From the NCBI GenBank assembly GCA_008690995.1, contig VRMN01000015.1, positions 62,001 to 126,000 on the forward strand: a DNA stretch of 64,000 nt, in the 5' to 3' direction. Origin of the DNA: Porphyridium purpureum. Taxonomy: Eukaryota. The notes beneath the pieces were generated by a model that worked only from the letters and a program-made list of their open reading frames with translations, did no database searches and was not told the DNA's origin. Made by a program: the position numbers and the translations under genes. Shown piece by piece: positions 1 to 9,730 of this stretch; the stretch's first letter is position 1, and the number at the start of each line of letters is the position of its first letter.

Positions 1-1
1 G

Positions 2-3000
2 GCGGCTTTGTACGGTGAGTCCGCTCGGGACAAGCAGCGCATTGCGCAGACGTGGCATTCTCGCTTATCAGGATGCCGCCGAGATCACGATACGTGGTAC
101 CGCACGCTGATGGTTCGAAGCATGGTTCTCCATCCTACCGAAAATGTCACGGAATACCTCGAATTTGCATCTCTTTGCCGCAAGGCGAATCGATTTCCCA
201 TGGCATCTGAAGCCATTCGGCTGGTTTTGCCAGCGGCCTCGGTCCAGGACGCCGTTGAAGATTGTCTTTATCGCGCGAGATTGACGGACTCTATGCCTGG
301 GTCAGTTCCGCTTTCGGTTCAGCAATTGATTTCAGAAGGTAGTACCACGGTCGGCCAAGATTACATGAGTAATGTTACCACGAGGATGTCGTCGCTTTCG
401 TCACGAGGCCTTGCAGACGTCGCGCGACTCGATAACTGGAATCCAGACATTGCGCTGAGAAATGCAGATCCTCGCGTCGCCTTTAGCTACTTGAATTATT
501 TATGGTCGTGCGGACGCCAGGTCGAGGCGTACGAATCCATGCGAGCACGAGCGGGCGGAAATCGTTTGTACGAAGACATGAATGCCTTCCAAGGGGTTGT
601 GGTAGGCACCGGCACAGAAGGTCTAGGTAGCAGCCAGGGATCCTCGACGAGCGGCGCGGGGAGTAGCACGGCACGTATGCTATATGCAAGATATCATCTC
701 AAGCTATCCAACTGGTCACGGCATTTTCTTGAGCATCCTGATGATGATCGCCCGATTGGATTGTCCGAGCAAGATGTGCACGATCACGCGTACCAAGCCA
801 CGCTCCTGGATCCGTCGTGGTACAAGGCGTTGCACACATGGTCGATGCTGAATGTCGAGGCTGCGCAACGCATTGAACAACAGGATACAAAGGCCCTCGC
901 AGCATCGCGCTCGTCTCGCGGCGCGGTGCGAGTGGTGAGCGCAAAGGTGAAGTCGCATGTGATTGCAGCCACGAACGGATTTTTCTCAGCCATGCGCTTA
1001 GGCGCTGCCATGCAGCGAACCCGACTGCAGGATATTTTGCGGGTGCTCACGCTATGGTTCCGCTACGGTGGCATTAAGGACGTCAACGCTGCTCTGACAA
1101 ATGGCTTTGCCAGTACCGAGCCAGACATGTGGCTTGAGGTTGTGCCTCAAATGATTGCGCGCCTGCATGCACCACTGCCTTCAGTTCAGGAGGGCCTCAA
1201 GAACCTACTCATCCGGATCGGATCGGCTCATCCGCAGGCTCTCATCTATCCGCTGACTGTGGCATCCAAATCGACGAACAGAATTCGTCGTGACTCGGCT
1301 TGTGATATATTGGACGCCCTGCGCGTTCACTCGGCGGTGCTTGTTGAGCAGGTCGAAATGGTGTCGCAAGAGTTGATTCGCGTGGCGATTTTGTGGCATG
1401 AGATGTGGCACGAGAACCTTGAGGAAGCGTCGCGCCTGTACTTTGGTGAGGGAAACGTGGAGGGGATGTTCGAGGTACTGGCACCTTTGCATGCCATGAT
1501 GGAAAAAGGGCCCGCAACAGTGCGCGAAACGAATTTTCACCGCGAGTTTGGGCGTGACTTGGCTGAAGCGGCCGAATGGTGTCGACGGTATCGCGCGAGC
1601 AATCGCGAGGCCGACTTGAACCAAGCGTGGGATTTGTACTATCATGTCTTTCGCCGCATCAATAAGCAGTTGCCCCAACTGAACTCGCTGGAGCTTTCCC
1701 AGGTATCACCCAAACTCGTTCAGGCATCCAATCTTGCAATTGCGGTGCCGGGCACTTACCAGCCACCGTCTCCTTTCCAGGAGAACAAGCTAGTGACTAT
1801 TGCACGCTTTGCGCCTACGCTGACAGTGATTTCATCGAAACAGAGGCCTCGCCGTCTTGTCATGTACGGATCGGATGGCCTTGAGTACGCTTTTCTACTC
1901 AAGGGCCATGAGGATTTACGACAAGACGAACGTGTGATGCAGTTTTTCGGACTCGTGAATGAGTTGCTTTCTCAGAGCTCGGACCTGAGCAAAAGCCATT
2001 TGAGCATCACGCGTTTCGCTGCGGTCCCGCTCAGCCCAAACGTTGGATTGATCGGTTGGGTTCCGAACTGCGACACTCTTCACGTGCTCATTCGCGACTT
2101 TCGCGAGCAGCGCAAGATTCTCTTGAATGTCGAGCACCGCCTTATGCTGCAAATGGCGCCAGACTATGACAACTTGCCGCTGCTGCAAAAGGTGGAGGTG
2201 TTTGAGTATGCACTTGCGAACACTACAGGCACGGACATTGCGCGAGTGCTATGGCTCAAGAGCCGCAGCGCTGAGATTTGGCTGGATCGCCGCACCAACT
2301 ACATTCGATCGCTTGCCACAATGAGCATGGTGGGCTACATTCTCGGACTTGGGGATCGTCATCCGAGCAATTTAATGCTGGAACGCGTGACCGGAAAGAT
2401 TCTGCATATTGACTTTGGCGACTGCTGGGAGGTTGCCATGCACAGAGAAAAGTATCCTGAACGCGTTCCATTTCGACTCACGCGTATGCTGGTCAATGCT
2501 CTCGAGATTTGCGGCGTAGAGGGCTACTTCCGCCACACCTGCGAGGAGGTGATGGGCTTGCTTCGACGCGAGAAGGCATCACTGATGGCCATGCTGGAAG
2601 CGTTCATTCATGATCCTCTGATCAATTGGCGCCTTCTAGGCGCGGGCAACGATGCAGTGGCCCCAGGAAGCGGCGGTACAAATCAGCCAGCTCCCGCGGG
2701 CGGAGGCGCTGGTGGAGGGGTTGCAGGAGGTAACCCAAGGACCACTGAGCAGCAACAGCAGCAGCCAGCAGACCGAGAGAAAGTGGGAATGAGGCAGAGC
2801 AATCGAACGCTTGGAGCGTCTGTTCACACGACTGCAGTGGACATGTACCGGCCCATGCTGCAGGATTCGCAAGAGTTGTCACGATCTCTCGTGCGTGGCA
2901 CCAGTATCCGGGACTCGCAGCGGTGGTTGCTCGCGGAAGGCAACTTGACCGAGTTGGCAGAGCAGCATGCCGAGGCGGAAGGGCAAGAAGCCTCGAATGC

Positions 3001-3295
3001 GCTTCGGGCGGATGGTCAAGAGCAGGTTGCGTTGGTTATGGGCAAGAGCGTGGCGCAGACATTGCGCAGCAGGCTACAACGAAGTGTCAACCAGGAAGGG
3101 GAGATCGATTTCACCGAGGCCGTGAATCGGCGCGCCGTGGCTGCCATCCAACGCGTGAGCAACAAGCTGAGTGGCCGAGACTTTGACTTTAACGAGGTGC
3201 TTGGCGTTCCCGAGCAGGTACAACGCTTGATCGAACAGGCTACGGACGTGGAGAATCTATGCGTGTTGTACGTTGGCTGGTGTAGCTTTTTCTGA
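2..3295 (+). CDS. TOR: Serine/threonine kinase TOR, 3' part (FAT, FRB, PI3K-like kinase, FATC); 5' end lies upstream of the window
   Basis: LQDILRVLTLWF (FAT); ELIRVAILWHEMWHENLEEASRLYF (FRB); LLKGHEDLRQDERVMQ, GLGDRHPSN, HIDFGD, PERVPFRLT (kinase); FATC VPEQVQRLIEQATDVENLC..Y.GWC. Frame is open to the window edge. Confidence 0.97.
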   Translation, partial: AALYGESARDKQRIAQTWHSRLSGCRRDHDTWYRTLMVRSMVLHPTENVTEYLEFASLCRKANRFPMASEAIRLVLPAASVQDAVEDCLYRARLTDSMPGSVPLSVQQLISEGSTTVGQDYMSNVTTRMSSLSSRGLADVARLDNWNPDIALRNADPRVAFSYLNYLWSCGRQVEAYESMRARAGGNRLYEDMNAFQGVVVGTGTEGLGSSQGSSTSGAGSSTARMLYARYHLKLSNWSRHFLEHPDDDRPIGLSEQDVHDHAYQATLLDPSWYKALHTWSMLNVEAAQRIEQQDTKALAASRSSRGAVRVVSAKVKSHVIAATNGFFSAMRLGAAMQRTRLQDILRVLTLWFRYGGIKDVNAALTNGFASTEPDMWLEVVPQMIARLHAPLPSVQEGLKNLLIRIGSAHPQALIYPLTVASKSTNRIRRDSACDILDALRVHSAVLVEQVEMVSQELIRVAILWHEMWHENLEEASRLYFGEGNVEGMFEVLAPLHAMMEKGPATVRETNFHREFGRDLAEAAEWCRRYRASNREADLNQAWDLYYHVFRRINKQLPQLNSLELSQVSPKLVQASNLAIAVPGTYQPPSPFQENKLVTIARFAPTLTVISSKQRPRRLVMYGSDGLEYAFLLKGHEDLRQDERVMQFFGLVNELLSQSSDLSKSHLSITRFAAVPLSPNVGLIGWVPNCDTLHVLIRDFREQRKILLNVEHRLMLQMAPDYDNLPLLQKVEVFEYALANTTGTDIARVLWLKSRSAEIWLDRRTNYIRSLATMSMVGYILGLGDRHPSNLMLERVTGKILHIDFGDCWEVAMHREKYPERVPFRLTRMLVNALEICGVEGYFRHTCEEVMGLLRREKASLMAMLEAFIHDPLINWRLLGAGNDAVAPGSGGTNQPAPAGGGAGGGVAGGNPRTTEQQQQQPADREKVGMRQSNRTLGASVHTTAVDMYRPMLQDSQELSRSLVRGTSIRDSQRWLLAEGNLTELAEQHAEAEGQEASNALRADGQEQVALVMGKSVAQTLRSRLQRSVNQEGEIDFTEAVNRRAVAAIQRVSNKLSGRDFDFNEVLGVPEQVQRLIEQATDVENLCVLYVGWCSFF

Positions 3296-3548
3296 CGAGA
3301 ATATCGAGCACGATGCTGTCGCTTGACAAGCATCTCTATTTCCGGTTCGGTGTGGCTTTCCTTTGCGACAACTCGGACCAGCCAAATGAAAACTAAAAGC
3401 ATGTGAACGTCTTGACCGTGACGCTGGCACAGAATTCCACCCTACGGTGAAAGGAGCGCAAACGTCGCAACGACGAACGGTTTGTTGTTCAGTGGAAACA
3501 AGATTTATGTACAAAAACAGTGTCGAAAAGCGAAAACGAAGCTCGCGT

Positions 3549-5291
3549 CTAAAACCTGCCTGGCGCACAAGAGTTCGAGATATTATGCCCCGCGAGCTCG
3601 TGTGAGCGCAAGGCCTTTGTGCTCATAAAAGTTTCCTTGCAGTGCTCACAAACGAATGGATTCGCGACCTTGTGAACATGGCGAAGATGTTGGTACAGAT
3701 TCTGCCGCGCGCTGAAACTCTTACCACATTGGCCGCAGGAGTGGGGCTTGGTCTGTTCATGGATGGCTCGTACGTGGTCCTTCAGATGTGATACCCTGGT
3801 AAAAGCGCGAGAGCACAAAGCGCAGGCGTGCTGCTTGCTCACACGCCCTCTTGACACCGGGTCATGATCGGGTCGCTGTGGCCCATGTACAGACTTACGA
3901 TTCTGTCGAGCCGCGGCGTTGACCACTATTGGCGCAGCGGGCTTTTCGACGTGAGCTGCATCCCTTGCGCTGCTTTCGCTGCTGAGAATATGGCTGAACG
4001 AACCGTGCGTGCGCGCTTCGCCGCTTATGTCTTGCGGAGTAAAAGGGCCGGACGTCGGCGACCCGTAGAGCATATGAGAGCTCATATTGTTCGTAAAAGG
4101 ACCCACCGGGCTGTACGGAGCTCTCTTGGGAAATAAGAGCAGTTCCTTTGCAGCTCCCAACTGCGGGGTGTTGGGTGCGCTGCTTGTCGCATTCTCGCCA
4201 GTTGTCGAACCAGTGAAGAGACGGCTCGTAGCCTTGCTTACGTCAAGGTCTGCGGCCGTGCCATTCTCCACATTTAGGAGTCCCGCCGCTTCGATGCTCG
4301 CCAACATGTTAATATCTTGCTCATAGTCGTGTGTGTACACAGAGAATCGCTCAGGAAGATTGATTTCTTCCGCTTTGCGCTTTTGCTTCGCCATTGTCGT
4401 TCGGCGGAGCTCGATGAATAGCTCATTCGCTTGCGCCGCATGTACCTCCAGCTCGCGCATCTCCTCAGCGGTCAATGACACAGATAGAAGAAGCGAGCCT
4501 CCGACTGTATTCTTGAGTCGCATGCCGCCTAAGTGGTGCATGAATTCGCTGCGAACGTTCCCTAGAGCCTGGCAGTCCTTTCCGTATCGATAATATAGTG
4601 AGAAGGATGTTTGCAAGTCTGCAAGCGGCACGTGTTGCTTGTCAAAGGTCTGCAAGTGCACGATTCGTCGTCCCCGGTTGATGAGCTCTTGGAAATGGCC
4701 ACTCCAAGTCGACCATAGAAAGGGTCCCTGATGTTCAGCCGAGCCCAAAAGTAAGGCTTTCCCCGCCGGACACTGGCACGTATCGGCGCCGCGCAACGAG
4801 CACAAGCCGCAATCGGGGCCCTTTGTAATAGAGACGCAGGACTTGAACGTGCTAGCATCTTCCGACTCAAGGCCGTACGTGTAATGAAGAAGCGTGCCAT
4901 CCGGCTTACTGATCGTGATGGCCATCATAAGCTCGCCGTTGGAGAGGTGAGTGCTTTCGAGCAGCGCAAACGCGTCCTTGGCGAATGGGAAGGCCATGAA
5001 CCTCCTGCACGGTGCCGGCGCGGTGTCTGTGGGGTACATGCCCTGGAGCAAGAACATCTCGGTCATGGTCGTGCCGTAGACCACGTTGTCCGACTCGTAA
5101 TTCGGAATGTACGCGACGGGAGGCGTGTGTATCTCGCTCACCTCGCGCGGCACCTTGTACAGCATGCACCCGAACTCCTGCTCGGAGGGTGCGGAGGGCA
5201 AGGCGCAGTGGTCTGGCGCGAGCAACCACGCGCGCCCCTTGGCGGACGTCAACACGCGCCGCGCAAACGAGAAGCGCCGCTGTGCTTCCAT
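3549..5291 (-). CDS. C2H2 zinc-finger protein (3 C-terminal fingers, uncharacterised Cys-containing N-terminal region)
   Basis: CALC..AF...SHLKDHVRAIH, CGQCGKSF...NLYQHLRHVH, CEHCKETF...ALRSHELAGH; first in-frame ATG at 5291 (MEAQRR). Confidence 0.88.
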   Translation of the reverse strand: MEAQRRFSFARRVLTSAKGRAWLLAPDHCALPSAPSEQEFGCMLYKVPREVSEIHTPPVAYIPNYESDNVVYGTTMTEMFLLQGMYPTDTAPAPCRRFMAFPFAKDAFALLESTHLSNGELMMAITISKPDGTLLHYTYGLESEDASTFKSCVSITKGPDCGLCSLRGADTCQCPAGKALLLGSAEHQGPFLWSTWSGHFQELINRGRRIVHLQTFDKQHVPLADLQTSFSLYYRYGKDCQALGNVRSEFMHHLGGMRLKNTVGGSLLLSVSLTAEEMRELEVHAAQANELFIELRRTTMAKQKRKAEEINLPERFSVYTHDYEQDINMLASIEAAGLLNVENGTAADLDVSKATSRLFTGSTTGENATSSAPNTPQLGAAKELLLFPKRAPYSPVGPFTNNMSSHMLYGSPTSGPFTPQDISGEARTHGSFSHILSSESSARDAAHVEKPAAPIVVNAAARQNRKSVHGPQRPDHDPVSRGRVSKQHACALCSRAFTRVSHLKDHVRAIHEQTKPHSCGQCGKSFSARQNLYQHLRHVHKVANPFVCEHCKETFMSTKALRSHELAGHNISNSCAPGRF

Positions 5292-5850
5292 CCTTGCCGG
5301 CGCGGCGCCCGCGAGCACGCCGTTCCTTTGCGTTGCGCTGTTCCCCGGCGCCTCGCCGCCCGAAAACAAATTCCTCCGCCGCTGCTCTCCCCGCGGTTCC
5401 TGGTCGCCGGTGTGTCTGCGACCGTCTGCGTCTGTCTGCGCGCACTGTCGACGCGCCCGCAGCACTAAACGCGCTCCGCCCCGCGCGCCCTGCTCTCACC
5501 TGCCCGCCACGCGCGACCACCGTTTCCACTGCCGCGTCAGTTGGCGCGGTCCACGTCAGCGTGTTGCAGAAATGAATCGTGGCGTTCAAGTCGGATGCAC
5601 AACAGATGCTTGCTTCCGCTGCAGCCACGCGGGGGTCGCAGCTGCGTGCGGTGGTCCGGCACAAGCCGCGCAAACCACGACGCAGCGCGGGCGGCGGCGC
5701 GCGCGCGCGCTCGCGTATTGCATCGCGAGCGGACAGGCGTATGAACGGACGGACAGACACTTTAGTACACCCCAGAACCTGCGGTACAGTGCGACACCGA
5801 CTTGGTGCGCGGCGCAGCAGTCGCGCGAGACGAAACTGGCGCACGCGGAG

Positions 5851-6906
5851 ATGATGCGCGAGATGGCGCCTGTTCGGCTGCGCGCGGCGGTTCTGGTCGC
5901 CGCGCTTCTGGCCGCCGCGGGCGGCGTCTGCGCCAGGTTGCCGCGGAGCCCGCGTCGAGCCGGCCGCCAGGGATGCCAATGTACCGCGTCAAATTTCCGC
6001 GGCTCGGCAGCGCGCCGCCGACGCCGACGCATCACGAGGCGCAGCCAAGCATGCCCGACGCAGAGGCGCCAGGAGAGAAGCTCGCACGACGCCGAGTCCT
6101 ACACTGTCACGACGGCCGCGGGTCAGCGCATGCTGTGCAAGCTGCCGCCGCCAGTCGCGTCTGCTGCGCCACCCAAGCCAGCGTCGCCACTGTTGCCGCC
6201 TGATGCGAGGCCGGAGGCGACGAACGCTCGGCCGGGGAGCAAGCCTCCTGCTGATGACGAAGCAACTCGACGGGCGAAGTGGCTCCATGCGCTCGACTTG
6301 TTTCTCGCGCGAAATTCCAAGAACTGCTTCTTCCGCGTCGATGGCTGGTGGACTTACGAATTTTGCCCGGGAAAGCATGTGCGCCAGATCCACTTTGAAG
6401 ACCAGCATTCCGAGCGCGATGAGATCTTCCTTGGCATTCTGGACCGTGTTGCGGACCAAGAGGCGCGCGCCGATTTTTTGGCAGCCAAATCCTCCACTTC
6501 AGCAGCTTGGGCATCGGGAAAGCGGAAAAGCAGCGGTCTGGTTCCTGATGCCTCACGACCAGGCAGCTCATTTGAGTTTTCACAGACCTACATAGACGGC
6601 ACTATGTGCGACCTGACCGGTGCGCCCCGTGCTACCACAGTTGTGTACCGGTGCCCCAAGCGGCGCGCGGGATTGACGCCGTCCAAGACGCGCGTGCTGC
6701 ATGGGAGCGGAGACTACATAGAGTCAATCCTCGAAGTGCAGTCATGTGTGTACGTGCTTGACTTTGTCAGCGAGGCTTTGTGCGAAGAGGCTCAGTTGGA
6801 AGACGAGCGACGCGTGTTTGATATTGAGTGTACGCTCGCAGCGGGCGAGAAGGCGTTTCGCGGCCTTTCGAGCCCGCAGTCGTATCGCCGCTCGCCTTGG
6901 TTGTGA
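5851..6906 (+). CDS. OS-9/ERLEC1-like ER lectin (MRH/PRKCSH domain)
   Basis: Signal peptide MAPVRLRAAVLVAALLAAAGG; TTAAGQRMLCKLP; CFFRVDGWWTYEFCPGKHVRQIH; QTYIDGTMCDLTGAPRATTVVYRC; SILEVQSCVYV. Segment 5934-6087 may be in the wrong frame (see findings). Confidence 0.88.
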   Translation: MMREMAPVRLRAAVLVAALLAAAGGVCARLPRSPRRAGRQGCQCTASNFRGSAARRRRRRITRRSQACPTQRRQERSSHDAESYTVTTAAGQRMLCKLPPPVASAAPPKPASPLLPPDARPEATNARPGSKPPADDEATRRAKWLHALDLFLARNSKNCFFRVDGWWTYEFCPGKHVRQIHFEDQHSERDEIFLGILDRVADQEARADFLAAKSSTSAAWASGKRKSSGLVPDASRPGSSFEFSQTYIDGTMCDLTGAPRATTVVYRCPKRRAGLTPSKTRVLHGSGDYIESILEVQSCVYVLDFVSEALCEEAQLEDERRVFDIECTLAAGEKAFRGLSSPQSYRRSPWL

Positions 6907-8441
6907 TTGCGCGTATCGCGGATTGTCGTGACAAGGCTCGCCGTGATAAGCTCTCCACAGTCAGCGGAAGCCGCAGGCGTTTCGAAAGTTGGATGTTGGT
7001 GCGAGGGAGCATGCTGCTAGAATTGCACATTGTATCGCTTATGATCACCGCTTCATGAGTGAGCGATCTTTTTCAAGGAGCAAATCTATTCTGAGCGACA
7101 TGGTTTCGACGAAGCAAAGTTGGTCTTCATTTGTCTCGACCGCCACTCAGGACAGATGCGCACCAAATAACGATGAGGTCATTTGCAGAGGCAGCAATTT
7201 GGACGGTCTTGCACCAGGTTTCGAGCCTCAGAAGCCTTAAAGTAAATATCCGCTAGCGCCATACTTCAACCATTAGAGCAGATGCAAATGTGACTCATCC
7301 ACTTGGACACCATAGAAACAAGAACGAGGGCGGAATGCAGAGTCTCGCTCCGCAGACGTGTGAGTGTTGTACAATTCGTTTTCGCCTTCTTCTACCTGGC
7401 CTACACATAATGACGACATGGGGAGATTCCGTACCATTCATCGTCTCCATAGAATTCGGATACCCACTTGCGGCGACGTGGCGGACAGACCAGAACAGTT
7501 GATTTCGACTCGCTTCCAGTGACCACTGCTGCAGCCTCCGGAGCCGTTTCTCCCCAGCCTGTCCCAACGCGTGAGGCAAGCGACGGCGAGCTGCGCGGCA
7601 GCATGTGAGGGAGATTTGGGGCTCGAAGAACGTAACCAACGTCACGCCCATTTGAGCAATACTTTGCTGGCAGTGGCTTTTGAGCTACTGTCACGCCATA
7701 CTATCATCGTCAGTGATGCGTGCGCGCACGTCCTGCGGCGCGTCGCCGAATCAACAGCTGGATGGCCGCGGATGTCGGCCCGAGTCGGGCCCCATTTCGT
7801 CCACGCGTGTCGGAAACCCGCGCGGCGCCGTTTTCGTGGGTGTGCGCGTTGCAGCGCGACTTACACTGCGCCACATCGGGGGACGATGTCAGTCGCGCTG
7901 CAGGAGGCCGCCGCGCATAAAAGCGGATGTCCGTGCGGGAGATGTTGAGCATGGCGTCTTGCTGACCATACGGCAAGGCTACAAAGAGACAGTCAACAGT
8001 TCAGCAGAGCAAGCATACCGCTCGAGCACTCAAGACCGAAGGCCTCACAAGTCAAACCGAGCAGTGCAGAAGGAAACCGTGTTGTGATCTGAGCAGTGAG
8101 CACGTGCATAGAAGGCACAGGTAGGATGGTCCCCGTCGCAGCGTTGGTTCGACGTGCCAGGCGCAGACGACAGGGCGGCTTGCCCGATGGAGGAACAGGA
8201 CGTCTGACACGGCGCGCAGAAGCAATCGTGGGCGGTATCATGGGCCCGGCCAAGGCGGTCGCTGGCTGACAAGCCCGACAACTTTAAAATGCCGTGCGAC
8301 GGAGATTGGGCAGTACGCATAGGGAAGCCGTCGCGTCTAGTATTTCACTGGACGGAGCAGAATAATAGGCCCGGGTTCGCGCGAAGGTCCCTTGGCAGGT
8401 CGCGTAGAACAAATAAATCTGCTAGTAAAGTCAGTTCGCCA

Positions 8442-9578
8442 TCAGGCTCCAACGCCAGAGTCAAGCGTGATCAAAACATTCGGAAGATGCGCTGCGTGCC
8501 GACCTGGAATGAACGCCTGCTCCTTGTGCGGACATCCGTCGCGCGGCGACGTCATTTCGGGCACCGTGTACATCAATCTTGGCACGGTGTGCTTGAAGAC
8601 TTCGCTACTCACCGATGCACTTACATGATGCGCAAACATGAAACGATCGCAAAACTGCGCATAATCCTGCCGATGCGAAGCATCATCGCTAGGCTCCTGC
8701 TCGTGCATGTACTTGGTCAGATAGCCTTGCTGTGCGTCAAGACGTTTCTGGTCGTCAAAGATATCCAGCTGCAACACCCAAGAAAGCAGTCCAAAGTTCC
8801 AGCCTAACGTCACGTCCTCATCAAAGGGCAGCAATTTCATGGCAGTGTCATCAGTGAGTAAGTTCACGACGTCTTGTGAAAAGAGCATGAAGTTCTCGTC
8901 TGCCCGGTGGCGTCCGTAATTGCACCAAAAGCGACCCCAGAAAAATGCTCGGTTTGGTCGCTGCTCGATCTCGTAAAGCAAGCGGTGAAGACAAAGGAAT
9001 ATGTCGTCATCGACCCTGAGTAAATATTCAAAGCGGTAATGTGTAACGCTCCAGTGCATTTGGAACAGGCCGCGCTTTCCGTACACATTGTGCTCCTTGT
9101 CTCCATAACCCGTTTCGATACGCTGGAACACCATATCCTTATGCGCGGCGTGTTCCCTCCGCAGTTGCTGTGCCAGCTCCTGCCTGGTCTCCGCAGACAA
9201 ATTGCCACCACTTGCGTGCCTATCGCTCAGGAGCATGTCCGGGTGATCGGTGAAGAACCTGTACTCGACCGCGTTGCCGCCGTCGGGCCTCCACTGCAAC
9301 CAGCCATTCCGCGCCGCATCCCGAAGCGCGCGGTTCTGTGGCGCAGAACCAATACAGATCACAAGTGTGCGTGCGGGAAGCGCAAACTCCTCGTGCAGAT
9401 CGCGCGCCACGGCGCGGCGCAAGCGCCGATAGCGCTGGTCGGCAACCAGCAACGCGGCAACCAGCGCAGCGACCAGCATCCACTGCAGTAGCCGCACAAA
9501 CCGCGGCTGCGTCTCGGAGACTAGCAGCGCGCGCTTCAACGACGCCACTGGCCGGCCGCGCTTCCGAGCAGGCAACAT
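8442..9578 (-). CDS. GT31-family glycosyltransferase (beta-1,3-galactosyltransferase-like), type II membrane protein
   Basis: N-terminal TM (WMLVAALVAALLVA), SAPQN..LRDAARNGW, EHAAHKDMVF, FEYLLRVDDDIF (DxD). An alternative in-frame ATG lies at 9668. Confidence 0.85.
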   Translation of the reverse strand: MLPARKRGRPVASLKRALLVSETQPRFVRLLQWMLVAALVAALLVADQRYRRLRRAVARDLHEEFALPARTLVICIGSAPQNRALRDAARNGWLQWRPDGGNAVEYRFFTDHPDMLLSDRHASGGNLSAETRQELAQQLRREHAAHKDMVFQRIETGYGDKEHNVYGKRGLFQMHWSVTHYRFEYLLRVDDDIFLCLHRLLYEIEQRPNRAFFWGRFWCNYGRHRADENFMLFSQDVVNLLTDDTAMKLLPFDEDVTLGWNFGLLSWVLQLDIFDDQKRLDAQQGYLTKYMHEQEPSDDASHRQDYAQFCDRFMFAHHVSASVSSEVFKHTVPRLMYTVPEMTSPRDGCPHKEQAFIPGRHAAHLPNVLITLDSGVGA

Positions 9579-9730
9579 CGTCGTCGCGTCGCGTCTCGCC
9601 GCGTGCCCGTCTCGTGTGCGCTGCCAAGTGCGCAAAAAGCGCGAGAGGTACAGTTTTCCGCGCTGCATTTTCGGTCTCCGGCATCACGCGCGGCGCGTCG
9701 TGCCAGAGAGAAGCGACCGCGGCGCGAGCC

